Origin: Eledone cirrhosa
Lineage: Eukaryota
Length of the DNA stretch: 64,000 bases
Assembly (NCBI GenBank): GCA_964016885.1
Contig: OZ024743.1
Span: forward strand, 167,152,001-167,216,000
Reading direction: 5' to 3'
Positions 51,501 to 63,278 of the stretch are shown one piece after another. Numbering within the stretch: position 1 is the first letter of the stretch; the number at the start of each line of letters is the position of its first letter. Position numbers and translations under genes: made by a program. The notes below the pieces were generated by a model that was not told the origin of the DNA, searched no databases, and worked only from the letters and a program-made list of their open reading frames with translations.

Positions 51501-53847
51501 GAAAAATAGTTTCTCTAAGGGGTTGTCGTTATTTCTATCGTCATAGTTGTGTGTGTTGCTATTATTATTATCATGGTGGTTGTTGTTGTTTCTATCATTA
51601 GCATTAATATTATTATTGTTATGATTGCTAGATGTATTGTTGTTTACTTCACCGTTATTGTTGTTGTTGTTACTGCTATTTCTACCATTGTGGTTGTTAC
51701 TATTATTATGTTTCTTGTTTTTGTTGATGTTGCTACATGTACTATTTCCATTATTACCACTGTGGTTATTGTTGTTGTTGTTGTTCGTATTGTTACCGTT
51801 ATTACTACTGTGGTCACTGTTGCTGTGTCTGTGGTTAACGTTTCTATTATTATTATTATTGTGGTTGTTGTTGTTCTGTCTATCGCTAGTATTATTACCA
51901 TTATCACTATTTCTCACTTTCCTGCCATTGTTATGGTTATGGCTGTTATTTCTATACCCAGAGTTATTGTTTATATTACTACTACCGTTATTATTGTTGT
52001 TGTTGTTTACCTTTGCATTCCAACGTATTTTTGTGAAACACTTTTCCAGTTCCGTTTTGCATTCCATAGGGTTAATCTTTTTGTAGATGGCAAATTTTGG
52101 TGGTAACTTTAGGATTTGTTGTTCTTGTTCACTGATTAAAGTGTTCCCATAGATATTTACTGTGTGGTCATTGGTAAATTCTTCCGGTAGTTTTACATCA
52201 CTCATACGGATGTTGTCGATGTTATCTGGGTATTTTTGAGAATATTCGATTTTCCTTTCTTGTAGTTTTTTCTTATTCATCCATTCTAATTTCTTCTTGA
52301 AATGCCTACAGCATTCGTTTTGAGCATATTTCGTTTCGCGTCGGATGACGCTCATGAAGTCATCTCTCTCGTTTGCTGTGATGAGATTTCGGATTTCCTT
52401 ACCGTTGATGCGTTTTTGTCTGTAGAGTGCGTTGACTTTTGTGTATGTTGTTCTTTTCATATTAACTGTTATTGTGTGTTTTAGCCGTTCAGCTTGTGTT
52501 TTGTTCAATAATAAATTATTTACTTGTTTTGATATGTTTGTTGTGTATGTTTTGGAGGAAACACAGTGTTTTAAGAAGCGGATTTGTTCTGTTGTTATTG
52601 TAGTTTTTATATAACAGAAAACAGTGTCTTTCAATAACCTTTCAGCTTGGCACAAGCTAATGCCATAGCGGCGATGAATTAGTTTTGCGAGGTTTTTTAT
52701 ATGAAATCGTGTGTCGAAACAGATATTGTTATATTTGGGGAGGGTCATATTTGCGTAATATTGCCAGAATTAATAACAGAACACACTCACTGTTTGGTTG
52801 GTTTTCGCTTCTCGCTGTCTTTTATATATATATATCTGCGATCTAACTTACTCGGTCCTCAATGTTGCCATTGACTGACCGGCGGTCAAAAATAATACAG
52901 ATACAATATAGACAAACACATATATATATAGTTTACATAAATCTTTCGTTGCACATCTGCAACATCGTCAGTGGTGTTATATTCATTGTTCCTCCTGTTG
53001 TGTTGTATGTCTACGCCATTTTTTTTTTTTGTTCAGTCTGTCTATATATTTATTTATTTATTTGCTTGTTTGTTTATCTTATTTTATTTTGTCTTCTTTG
53101 CGCATGCGTTTGCGTGTGTGTATAGTGTTATGTGTGATGTGTGACTAGTGTGTATAGTGTTGTGTCTGCTGGGTGACTAGTGTGTGTTTATGTGCTTGTG
53201 TATGTATTTATTTATCTTATTTTATTTAATTTAATTTACTTATTTATTTATACTTCTCTTAGGTCAGTGTTGTTTGTTTGGGTGTTGTTGTTGTTCCACT
53301 CATTCTTTCTGTTTAGCTTTGGTCTTCTAATTTCTATTTCACTGGCCTCTCTGATTTGCCTATCTGCTGGGTCATTCCTATGTTTAGATATTATTCTAAT
53401 TTCTATGTTGTCTATGTTACCGTCATGATGTTGTCTAGCATGTTCGTATAGTACTGACCCGTTTTTTCGTCCTTTTAGTTCCCCCCAGTGTTGGTCTATC
53501 CTTTCACCTATGCTACGAGCTGTCTCACCTATGTATGTTGTTGTCGTGTTTCTGCAAGTACCCTCTGTACATCTTATGCTATAGACTACGTTTCTAGTTT
53601 TACAGTTTATCCGGGGGTTCACCTTACATATGATACATTTCCTATTGGTACAGTGGGTTTTCTTAAAAGGGTAGGTTTTGCTGATCAGGGATTTTATGGT
53701 GGTTCCTGGCTTTTCTACCACCTTTATTTTTAAGTGGGTCTTTCTCAGGGCCTTTCTACACTGGTTAGCTAATTTCCCTCCAGGGGTGGCGTCCACAAAC
53801 ATGACACTCTGATATCTCTGGTTGTCGTACCATGATGTGGCCTTCCC
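48590..53847 (-). mobile_element. PLE copy A: full ORF, 3' pseudo-LTR plus tail, and upstream partial-tandem unit
   Basis: The 3' segment (ORF end + UTR + ORF start) recurs as a direct repeat at about 48590-49715 and 52723-53847. Confidence 0.96.
49116..52748 (-). CDS. PLE polyprotein: N-terminal region, Asn-rich insert, reverse transcriptase, Cys-rich linker, GIY-YIG endonuclease (1210 aa, intact)
   Basis: GSMDVVSLYPSI, QNEGAAIGVSIAGDVANLFM, RYVDD, LPVLD; HCTNRKCIIC..NC; VVYSIRC...YIGET..R..QH...REA..I...PKLN. Confidence 0.96.
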   Translation of the reverse strand: MTLPKYNNICFDTRFHIKNLAKLIHRRYGISLCQAERLLKDTVFCYIKTTITTEQIRFLKHCVSSKTYTTNISKQVNNLLLNKTQAERLKHTITVNMKRTTYTKVNALYRQKRINGKEIRNLITANERDDFMSVIRRETKYAQNECCRHFKKKLEWMNKKKLQERKIEYSQKYPDNIDNIRMSDVKLPEEFTNDHTVNIYGNTLISEQEQQILKLPPKFAIYKKINPMECKTELEKCFTKIRWNAKVNNNNNNNGSSNINNNSGYRNNSHNHNNGRKVRNSDNGNNTSDRQNNNNHNNNNNRNVNHRHSNSDHSSNNGNNTNNNNNNNHSGNNGNSTCSNINKNKKHNNSNNHNGRNSSNNNNNNGEVNNNTSSNHNNNNINANDRNNNNHHDNNNSNTHNYDDRNNDNPLEKLFFNPADKTYKMGNIYPTRLPFNKRVCIPQQIDDETEAQFTIARNKIRQVIDRYTMRQSRPEAQQLGIKPVEGLVSLKQRTRDGEVVCLPTDKSGRMSIDSMPNYIEAMQPHITNTSEVAQLTHDGREKILNAHMMMWTDILKPSRRTANNFQASNNGIPPLYGLRKDHKTVDDPTTGPPTRPVCGANIASNYRISYFLSMVIRPIIKMSPDVCESTEDLLSRISECNKNRSLSNCIIGSMDVVSLYPSINIDFAVKRCVEMIIESEVEFCDVDTDELGLLLRLTYDTDYLDSHDLRCFCPSRPIRGRPPTITSMAKKTPIGRWIGWTKAIRTPQNTDQVRKMVAHAIGASIKTTLKGHIFKFNEKIYTQNEGAAIGVSIAGDVANLFMVWWERRLKDLLNESSIDLIMYSRYVDDINIVIRTPPLESTNKFDLERSTMESIQQIANSIHQSITVTIDFPSKHPNNRLPVLDTELWINTIDERAQILHSHYAKPMASKYLILKNSAMSSSAKFNILIADLVRVMKNVSSMCDPTEMEGHIQHFINRMQFSGYNQRDRVRVYEGAMEKYKTLIELDMKGICPLYRSKSWNSLDRARHKIGKATSWYDNQRYQSVMFVDATPGGKLANQCRKALRKTHLKIKVVEKPGTTIKSLISKTYPFKKTHCTNRKCIICKVNPRINCKTRNVVYSIRCTEGTCRNTTTTYIGETARSIGERIDQHWGELKGRKNGSVLYEHARQHHDGNIDNIEIRIISKHRNDPADRQIREASEIEIRRPKLNRKNEWNNNNTQTNNTDLREV

Positions 53848-56800
53848 ACAACAAACATATCAAAACAAGTAAATAATTTATTATTGAACAAAACACAAGC
53901 TGAACGGCTAAAACACACAATAACAGTTAATATGAAAAGAACAACATACACAAAAGTCAACGCACTCTACAGACAAAAACGCATCAACGGTAAGGAAATC
54001 CGAAATCTCATCACAGCAAACGAGAGAGATGACTTCATGAGCGTCATCCGACGCGAAACGAAATATGCTCAAAACGAATGCTGTAGGCATTTCAAGAAGA
54101 AATTAGAATGGATGAATAAGAAAAAACTACAAGAAAGGAAAATCGAATATTCTCAAAAATACCCAGATAACATCGACAACATCCGTATGAGTGATGTAAA
54201 ACTACCGGAAGAATTTACCAATGACCACACAGTAAATATCTATGGGAACACTTTAATCAGTGAACAAGAACAACAAATCCTAAAGTTACCACCAAAATTT
54301 GCCATCTACAAAAAGATTAACCCTATGGAATGCAAAACGGAACTGGAAAAGTGTTTCACAAAAATACGTTGGAATGCAAAGGTAAACAACAACAACAATA
54401 ATAACGGTAGTAGTAATATAAACAATAACTCTGGGTATAGAAATAACAGCCATAACCATAACAATGGCAGGAAAGTGAGAAATAGTGATAATGGTAATAA
54501 TACTAGCGATAGACAGAACAACAACAACCACAATAATAATAATAATAGAAACGTTAACCACAGACACAGCAACAGTGACCACAGTAGTAATAACGGTAAC
54601 AATACGAACAACAACAACAACAATAACCACAGTGGTAATAATGGAAATAGTACATGTAGCAACATCAACAAAAACAAGAAACATAATAATAGTAACAACC
54701 ACAATGGTAGAAATAGCAGTAACAACAACAACAATAACGGTGAAGTAAACAACAATACATCTAGCAATCATAACAATAATAATATTAATGCTAATGATAG
54801 AAACAACAACAACCACCATGATAATAATAATAACAACACACACAACTATGACGATAGAAATAACGACAACCCCTTAGAGAAACTATTTTTCAACCCAGCT
54901 GACAAAACATATAAGATGGGTAATATCTATCCTACGAGGTTACCCTTTAATAAAAGAGTTTGCATACCACAACAAATAGATGACGAGACGGAGGCACAGT
55001 TCACCATAGCTAGAAATAAGATTAGACAAGTAGTAGACAGGTACACTATGAGACAGAGCAGACCAGAGGCCCAACAACTTGGGATAAAACCTGTAGAAGG
55101 CTTGGTTAGCCTCAAGCAGCGCACAAGGGATGGTGAGGTAGTGTGTCTACCCACAGATAAGTCTGGTAGGATGTCAATAGATAGCATGCCGAACTACATC
55201 GAGGCAATGCAACCCCACATCACCAACACGAGCGAAGTTGCACAACTAACACACGATGGGAGAGAAAAAATCCTCAACGCTCACATGATGATGTGGACTG
55301 ACATCCTAAAGCCAAGCAGATGCACTGCCAACAACTTCCAGGCGTCTAACAATGGCATACCACCCTTGTATGGGCTCCGCAAAGACCACAAGACAGTCGA
55401 CGACCCGACAACAGGACCACCAACAAGACCTGTATGCGGAGCTAATATAGCTAGCAACTACAGGATCTCCTACTTCCTCTCAATGGTTATACGCCCCATA
55501 ATCAAGATGTCCCCAGATGTATGTGAAAGTACAGAGGACCTTCTCAGCAGAATCAGTGAGTGCAACAAAAACAGGAGCCTATCCAACTGCATAATAGGCA
55601 GCATGGATGTGGTGTCACTGTACCCATCCATTAACATTGATTTTGCTGTGAAAAGATGTGTGGAGATGATCATTGAGAGTGAGGTGGAGTTCTGCGACGT
55701 CGACACAGACGAACTGGGCCTCCTACTTAGACTTACCTACGACACTGACTACCTAGACAGCCATGACCTTAGATGTTTCTGCCCTAGTAGACCTATAAGA
55801 GGTAGACCCCCCACCATAACCTCAATGGCTAAAAAGACTCCCATAGGAAGGTGGATTGGGTGGACCAAAGCTATACGGACCCCCCAAAACACTGATCAGG
55901 TAAGAAAAATGGTCGCACATGCAATAGGGGCTAGTATCAAAACTACCCTAAAGGGCCACATATTTAAGTTCAATGAGAAAATCTACACCCAAAATGAGGG
56001 AGCAGCCATCGGCGTCAGCATAGCTGGCGATGTTGCCAACCTTTTCATGGTATGGTGGGAAAGGAGACTTAAAGATCTCCTTAATGAAAGCTCCATAGAC
56101 CTCATCATGTACTCTCGTTATGTAGACGATATCAATATAGTTATAAGAACACCCCCACTAGAGAGCACTAACAAGTTTGATTTAGAACGTAGCACGATGG
56201 AAAGCATCCAGCAGATAGCTAATTCCATACACCAGAGTATAACTGTAACTATAGACTTCCCTTCCAAACACCCTAACAATAGACTACCTGTATTAGACAC
56301 AGAACTCTGGATTAACACTATAGACGAGAGAGCCCAAATTCTCCACTCACACTATGCTAAACCCATGGCCTCCAAATACCTGATACTCAAAAACTCAGCA
56401 ATGTCCAGTAGTGCTAAGTTTAATATTCTGATCGCAGATTTGGTACGAGTGATGAAGAATGTGTCCAGCATGTGCGACCCAACAGAAATGGAAGGACACA
56501 TCCAACACTTCATCAACCGCATGCAGTTCTCTGGCTACAACCAAAGAGACAGAGTCAGAGTATACGAAGGAGCCATGGAAAAGTATAAGACCCTCATAGA
56601 ACTGGACATGAAAGGAATTTGCCCACTATACAGGAGCAAATCATGGAATAGCTTAGATAGGGCTAGACATAAGATAGGGAAGGCCACATCATGGTACGAC
56701 AACCAGAGATATCAGAGTGTCATGTTTGTGGACGCCACCCCTGGAGGGAAATTAGCTAACCAGTGTAGAAAGGCCCTGAGAAAGACCCACTTAAAAATAA

Positions 56801-57880
56801 AGGTGGTAGAAAAGCCAGGAACCACCATAAAATCCCTGATCAGCAAAACCTACCCTTTTAAGAAAACCCACTGTACCAATAGGAAATGTATCATATGTAA
56901 GGTGAACCCCCGGATAAACTGTAAAACTAGAAACGTAGTCTATAGCATAAGATGTACAGAGGGTACTTGCAGAAACACGACAACAACATACATAGGTGTA
57001 CTTGCAGAAACACGACAACAACATACATAGGTGAGACAGCTCGTAGCATAGGTGAAAGGATAGACCAACACTGGGGGGAACTAAAAGGACGAAAAAACGG
57101 GTCAGTACTATACGAACATGCTAGACAACATCATGACGGTAACATAGACAACATAGAAATTAGAATAATATCTAAACATAGGAATGACCCAGCAGATAGG
57201 CAAATCAGAGAGGCCAGTGAAATAGAAATTAGAAGACCAAAGCTAAACAGAAAGAATGAGTGGAACAACAACAACACCCAAACAAACAACACTGACCTAA
57301 GAGAAGTATAAATAAATAAGTAAATTAAATTAAATAAAATAAGATAAATAAATACATACACAAGCACATAAACACACACTAGTCACCCAGCAGACACAAC
57401 ACTATACACACTAGTCACACATCACACATAACACTATACACACACGCAAACGCATGCGCAAAGAAGACAAAATAAAATAAGATAAACAAACAAGCAAATA
57501 AATAAATAAATATATAGACAGACTGAACAAAAAAAAAAAAATGGCGTAGACATACAACACAACAGGAGGAACAATGAATATAACACCACTGACGATGTTG
57601 CAGATGTGCAACGAAAGATTTATGTAAACTATATATATATGTGTTTGTCTATATTGTATCTGTATTATTTTTGACCGCCGGTCAGTCAATGGCAAGATTG
57701 AGGACCGAGTAAGTTAGATCGCAGATATATATATATAAAAGACAGCGAGAAGCGAAAACCAACCAAACAGTGAGTGTGTTCTGTTATTAATTCTGGCAAT
57801 ATTACGCAAATATGACCCTCCCCAAATATAACAATATCTGTTTCGACACACGATTTCATATAAAAAACCTCGCAAAACTA
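53847..57880 (+). mobile_element. PLE copy B: inverted, 5'-truncated, frameshifted in the endonuclease
   Basis: ORFs 53884-57030 and 56952-57311 nearly identical to copy A; 35-bp tandem duplication 56963-56997/56998-57032; pLTR 57312-57811; 69-nt ORF-start tail. Confidence 0.96.
57576..57634 (+). ncRNA. Minimal type-I hammerhead motif in the PLE pLTR (other cores: 48805-48838 -, 52938-52971 -, 61006-61039 -, 62664-62697 +)
   Basis: CTGACGA-T-GTTGCA(GATG)TGCAAC-GAAA-GATT-TA; 6-bp helix II; 1-bp helix III within wobble-palindromic AGATTT; helix I weak. Confidence 0.68.
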
Positions 57881-57996
57881 TATATCTATATATATCTATA
57901 TATATCTATATATATATATCTATATATATATATCTATATATCTATCTATATATATATATATATATATATATATCTATATATATATCTATATATCTA

Positions 57997-58049
<53 letters not shown>

Positions 58050-58126
58050 ATATATATATATCTATATATATATATATATATATCTATATATATATATATA
58101 TATATATCTATATATATATATATATA

Positions 58127-58161
<35 letters not shown>

Positions 58162-58188
58162 ATATCTATATATATATATATCTATATA

Positions 58189-58223
<35 letters not shown>

Positions 58224-58328
58224 ATATATATATATATATATATATCTATATATATATATATCTATATATATATATATCTATATATATATATATATATATA
58301 TCTCTATATATATATATATATATATATA

Positions 58329-58361
<33 letters not shown>

Positions 58362-58504
58362 ATATATATATATCTATATATATATATATATATATCTATA
58401 TATATATATCTATATATATATATCTATATATCTATATATATATATATATCTATATATATATCTATATCTATATATATATATATATATATCTATATATATA
58501 TATA

Positions 58505-58547
<43 letters not shown>

Positions 58548-58638
58548 ATATATATATATATATATATATCTATATATATATATATATATATATCTATATA
58601 TATATATATATATATCTATATATATATATATATATATA

Positions 58639-58677
<39 letters not shown>

Positions 58678-59122
58678 ATATCTATATATATATATATATA
58701 TATCTATATATATCTATATATATATCTATATATATATATATCTATATATATCTATATATATATCTATATATATATATATCTATATATATCTATATCTATA
58801 TATATATATATCTATATATATCTATATCTATATATATATATATCTATATATATCTATATATATATCTATATATATATATATATATATATATATCTATATA
58901 TATATCTATATCTATATATATATATATATATATATATCTATATATATATATATATATATAGATATATATATATCTATATATATATATATATCTATATATA
59001 TATCTATATATATATATCTATATATATCTATATATATCTATATATATATATATATATATATATATCTATATATATATATCTATATATATATATATATATC
59101 TATATATATATATATATATATA

Positions 59123-59157
<35 letters not shown>

Positions 59158-59552
59158 ATATATATATATCTATATATATATATATATATATCTATATATA
59201 TATATCTATATCTATATATATATATCTATATATATATATATATATCTATATATATATATCTATATATATATCTATATCTATATATATATATCTATATATA
59301 TATATCTATATATATATCTATATCTATATATATATATCTATATATATATATCTATATATATATCTATATCTATATATATATATCTATATATATATATATA
59401 TATATATCTATATATATATCTATATCTATATATATATATCTATATATATATATATATATATATATCTATATATATATATCTATATATATATCTATATCTA
59501 TATATATATATATATATCTATATATATATATATCTATATCTATATCTATATA

Positions 59553-59597
<45 letters not shown>

Positions 59598-59772
59598 ATA
59601 TATATATCTATATATATATCTATCTATATATATATATATATATATCTATATCTATATATATATATCTATATATATATCTATATATATATATATATATATC
59701 TATATCTATATATATATATCTATATATATATCTATATATATATATATATATATATCTATATATATATCTATA

Positions 59773-59813
<41 letters not shown>

Positions 59814-59864
59814 ATATATATATATATATATATATCTATATCTATATATATATATATATCTATA

Positions 59865-59903
<39 letters not shown>

Positions 59904-59942
59904 ATATCTATATATATATATATATCTATATATATATCTATA

Positions 59943-59987
<45 letters not shown>

Positions 59988-60207
59988 ATATATATATATA
60001 TATATCTATATATATATCTATATCTATATATCTATATATATATATCTATATATATATCTATATATATCTATCTATATATATATATCTATATATATATATC
60101 TATATATATATCTATATATATATATCTATATATATATCTATATATATATATCTATATATATATATCTATATCTATATATATAGATATATATATATCTATA
60201 TATATAA
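57881..60207. repeat. About 2.3-kb imperfect (TA)n/TATC tract
   Basis: Directly visible. Confidence 0.95.
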
Positions 60208-60763
60208 GTAGATAAATCTACCAAGAGTTTACGGTAGTGTCCAATCCGTATGAAGAACTCAATGTATTCCGGATATCATGGAAAGAAGAGATGTAATGAA
60301 AAATCACTTTCGGTGAAAGATAAACGGTATACAGAGTCAAGATAAAATATTAAACAAATAATGAATAAACAATGAGACAGTTCCCTATATTAAACAAAAA
60401 AAGTTCATTATTTAACGATCGTTTCTAGGATATATATGTGTTAGAATTGGCATGCATATTCAACAGATCTATGTACAAAATTATACAAAATTATACAAAC
60501 TATCAAGATTAAATATACATACCAACACATATATACGCCGTCTTCAGGATTATTTCTGAAGACGGCGTATATATGTGTTGGTATGTATATTTAATCTTGA
60601 TAGTTTGTATAATTTTGTATAATTTTGTACATAGATCTGTTGAATATGCATGCCAATTCTAACACATATATATCCTAGAAACGATCGTTAAATAATGAAC
60701 TTTTTTTGTTTAATATAGGGAACTGTCTCATTGTTTATTCATTATTTGTTTAATATTTTATCT
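60208..60763. mobile_element. Non-coding PLE-like element: 208-bp inverted repeat (60340-60547/60556-60763, 8-nt spacer) plus about 130-bp extension, TA flanks
   Basis: No mismatch seen between arms; hammerhead motif begins at the centre. Confidence 0.85.
60549..60696 (+). ncRNA. Type-I hammerhead-like motif with about 115-nt helix II domain
   Basis: Helix I ATTATTT/AAATAAT; CTGAAGA 60556-60562; stem GTATATATGTGTTGG/CTAACACATATATAT; GAAA 60678-60681; palindromic helix III ACGATCGT; GUU triplet, predicted cut after 60689; extra nucleotides at helix II base. Confidence 0.7.
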
Positions 60764-60781
60764 ATATATATATATATCTAT

Positions 60782-62970
60782 ATATTGTTATATTTGGGGA
60801 GGGTCATATTTGCGTAATATTGCCAGAATTAATAACAGAACACACTCACTGTTTGGTTGGTTTTCGCTTCTCGCTGTCTTTTATATATACATATCTGCGA
60901 TCTAACTTACTCGGTCCTCAATGTTGCCATTGACTGACCGGCGGTCAAAAATAATACAGATACAATATAGACACAAACACATATATATAGTTTACATAAT
61001 TTACATAAATCTTTCGTTGCACATCTGCAACATCGTCAGTGGTGTTATATTCATTGTTCCTCCCCCTAAAGGGCCACATATTTAAGTTCAATGAGAAAAT
61101 CTACACCCAAAATGAGGGAGCACCCATCGGCGTCAGCATAGCTGGTGATGTTGCCAACCTTTTCATGGTATGGTGGGAAAGGAGACTTAAAGATCTCCTT
61201 AATGAGAGCTCCATAGACCTCATCATGTACTCTCGTTATGTAGACGATATCAATATAGTTATAAGAACACCCCCACTAGAGAGCACTAACAAGTTTGATT
61301 TAGAACGTAGCACGATGGAAAGCATCCAGCAGATAGCTAATTCCATACACCAGAGTATAACTGTAACTATAGACTTCCCTTCCAAACACCCTAACAATAG
61401 ACTACCTGTATTAGACACAGAACTCTGGATTAACACTATAGACGAGAGAGCCCAAATTCTCCACTCACACTATGCTAAACCCATGGCCTCCAAATACCTG
61501 ATACTCAAAAACTCAGCAATGTCCAGTAGTGCTAAGTTTAATATTCTGATCGCAGATTTGGTACGAGTGATGAAGAATGTGTCCAGCATGTGCGACCCAA
61601 CAGAAATGGAAGGACACATCCAACACTTCATCAACCGCATGCAGTTCTCTGGCTACAACCAAAGAGACAGAGTCAGAGTATACGAAGGAGCCATGGAAAA
61701 GTATAAGACCCTCATAGAACTGGACATGAAAGGAATTTGCCCACTATACAGGAGCAAATCATGGAATAGCTTAGATAGGGCTAGACATAAGATAGGGAAG
61801 GCCACATCATGGTACGACAACCAGAGATATCAGAGTGTCATGTTTGTGGACGCCACCCCTGGAGGGAAATTAGCTAACCAGTGTAGAAAGGCCCTGAGAA
61901 AGACCCACTTAAAAATAAAGGTGGTAGAAAAGCCAGGAACCACCATAAAATCCCTGATCAGCAAAACCTACCCTTTTAAGAAAACCCACTGTACCAATAG
62001 GAAATGTATCATATGTAAGGTGAACCCCCGGATAAGCTGTAAAACTAGAAACGTAGTCTATAGCATAAGATGTACAGAGGGTACTTGCAGAAACATGACA
62101 ACAACATACATAGGTGAGACAGCTCGTAGCATAGGTGAAAGGATAGACCAACACTGGGGGGAACTAAAAGGACGAAAAAACGGGTCAGTACTATACGAAC
62201 ATGCTAGACAACAACATGACGGTAACATAGACAACATAGAAATTAGAATAATATCTAAACATAGGAATGACCCAGCAGATAGGCAAATCAGAGAGGCCAG
62301 TGAAATAGAAATTAGAAGACCAAAGCTAAACAGAAAGAATGAGTGGAACAACAACAACACCCAAACAAACAACACTGACCTAAGAGAAGTATAAATAAGT
62401 AAATAAAATTAAATAAAATAAGATAAATAAATACATACACAAGCACATAAACACTCACTAGTCACCCAGCAGACACAACACTATACACACTAGTCACACA
62501 TCACACATAACACTATACACACACGCAAACGCATGCGCAAAGAAGACAAAATAAAATAAGATAAACAAACAAGCAAATAAATAAATAAATATATAGACAG
62601 ACTGAACAAAAAAAAATGGCGTAGACATACAACACAACAGGAGGAACAATGAATATAACACCACTGACGATGTTGCAGATGTGCAACGAAAGATTTATGT
62701 AAACTATATATATGTGTTTGTGTCTATATTGTATCTGTATTATTTTTGACCGCCGGTCAGTCAATGGCAACATTGAGGACCGAGTAAGTTAGATCGCAGA
62801 TATATATATATAAAAGACAGCGAGAAGCGAAAACCAACCAAACAGTGAGTGTGTTCTGTTATTAATTCTGGCAATATTACGCAAATATGACCCTCCCCAA
62901 ATATAACAATATCTGTTTCGACACACGATTTCATATAAAAAACCTCGCAAAACTAATTCATCGCCGCTAT
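60782..62970 (+). mobile_element. PLE copy C: inverted partial pLTR (60782-61063) joined to 5'-truncated RT-EN ORF (61064-62394), pLTR and 84-nt tail
   Basis: ORF 61039-62394 almost identical to the C-terminal part of copy A; both ends abut (TA)n. Confidence 0.95.
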
Positions 62971-63129
62971 ATCTCTATATATATATATATATCTATATAT
63001 ATATATATATATATCTATATATATATATATATATATATCTATATATATATATATATATATCTATATATATATATATATATATCTATATATATATATATAT
63101 ATATATCTATATATATATATATATATATA

Positions 63130-63192
<63 letters not shown>

Positions 63193-63278
63193 ATATATAT
63201 ATATATATATCTATATATATATATATCTATATCTATATATATATATATATATATATATATCTATATATATATATATAT
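62971..63278. repeat. Imperfect (TA)n tract
   Basis: Directly visible. Confidence 0.95.

Noticed and set aside
51549-52106. Hydrophobic V/I/L-rich ORFs resembling membrane proteins (also 54286-54843)
   Set aside because: Antisense or alternative frames of the Asn-rich tract
49116-52748. Telomerase, group II intron/retron RT, or selenoprotein-type PLE with N-terminal endonuclease
   Set aside because: C-terminal GIY-YIG and pLTRs mark a canonical-order PLE; no in-frame TGA
61039-61063. N-terminus of the 451-aa ORF as a real start
   Set aside because: Chimeric read-through from the inverted pLTR across the junction
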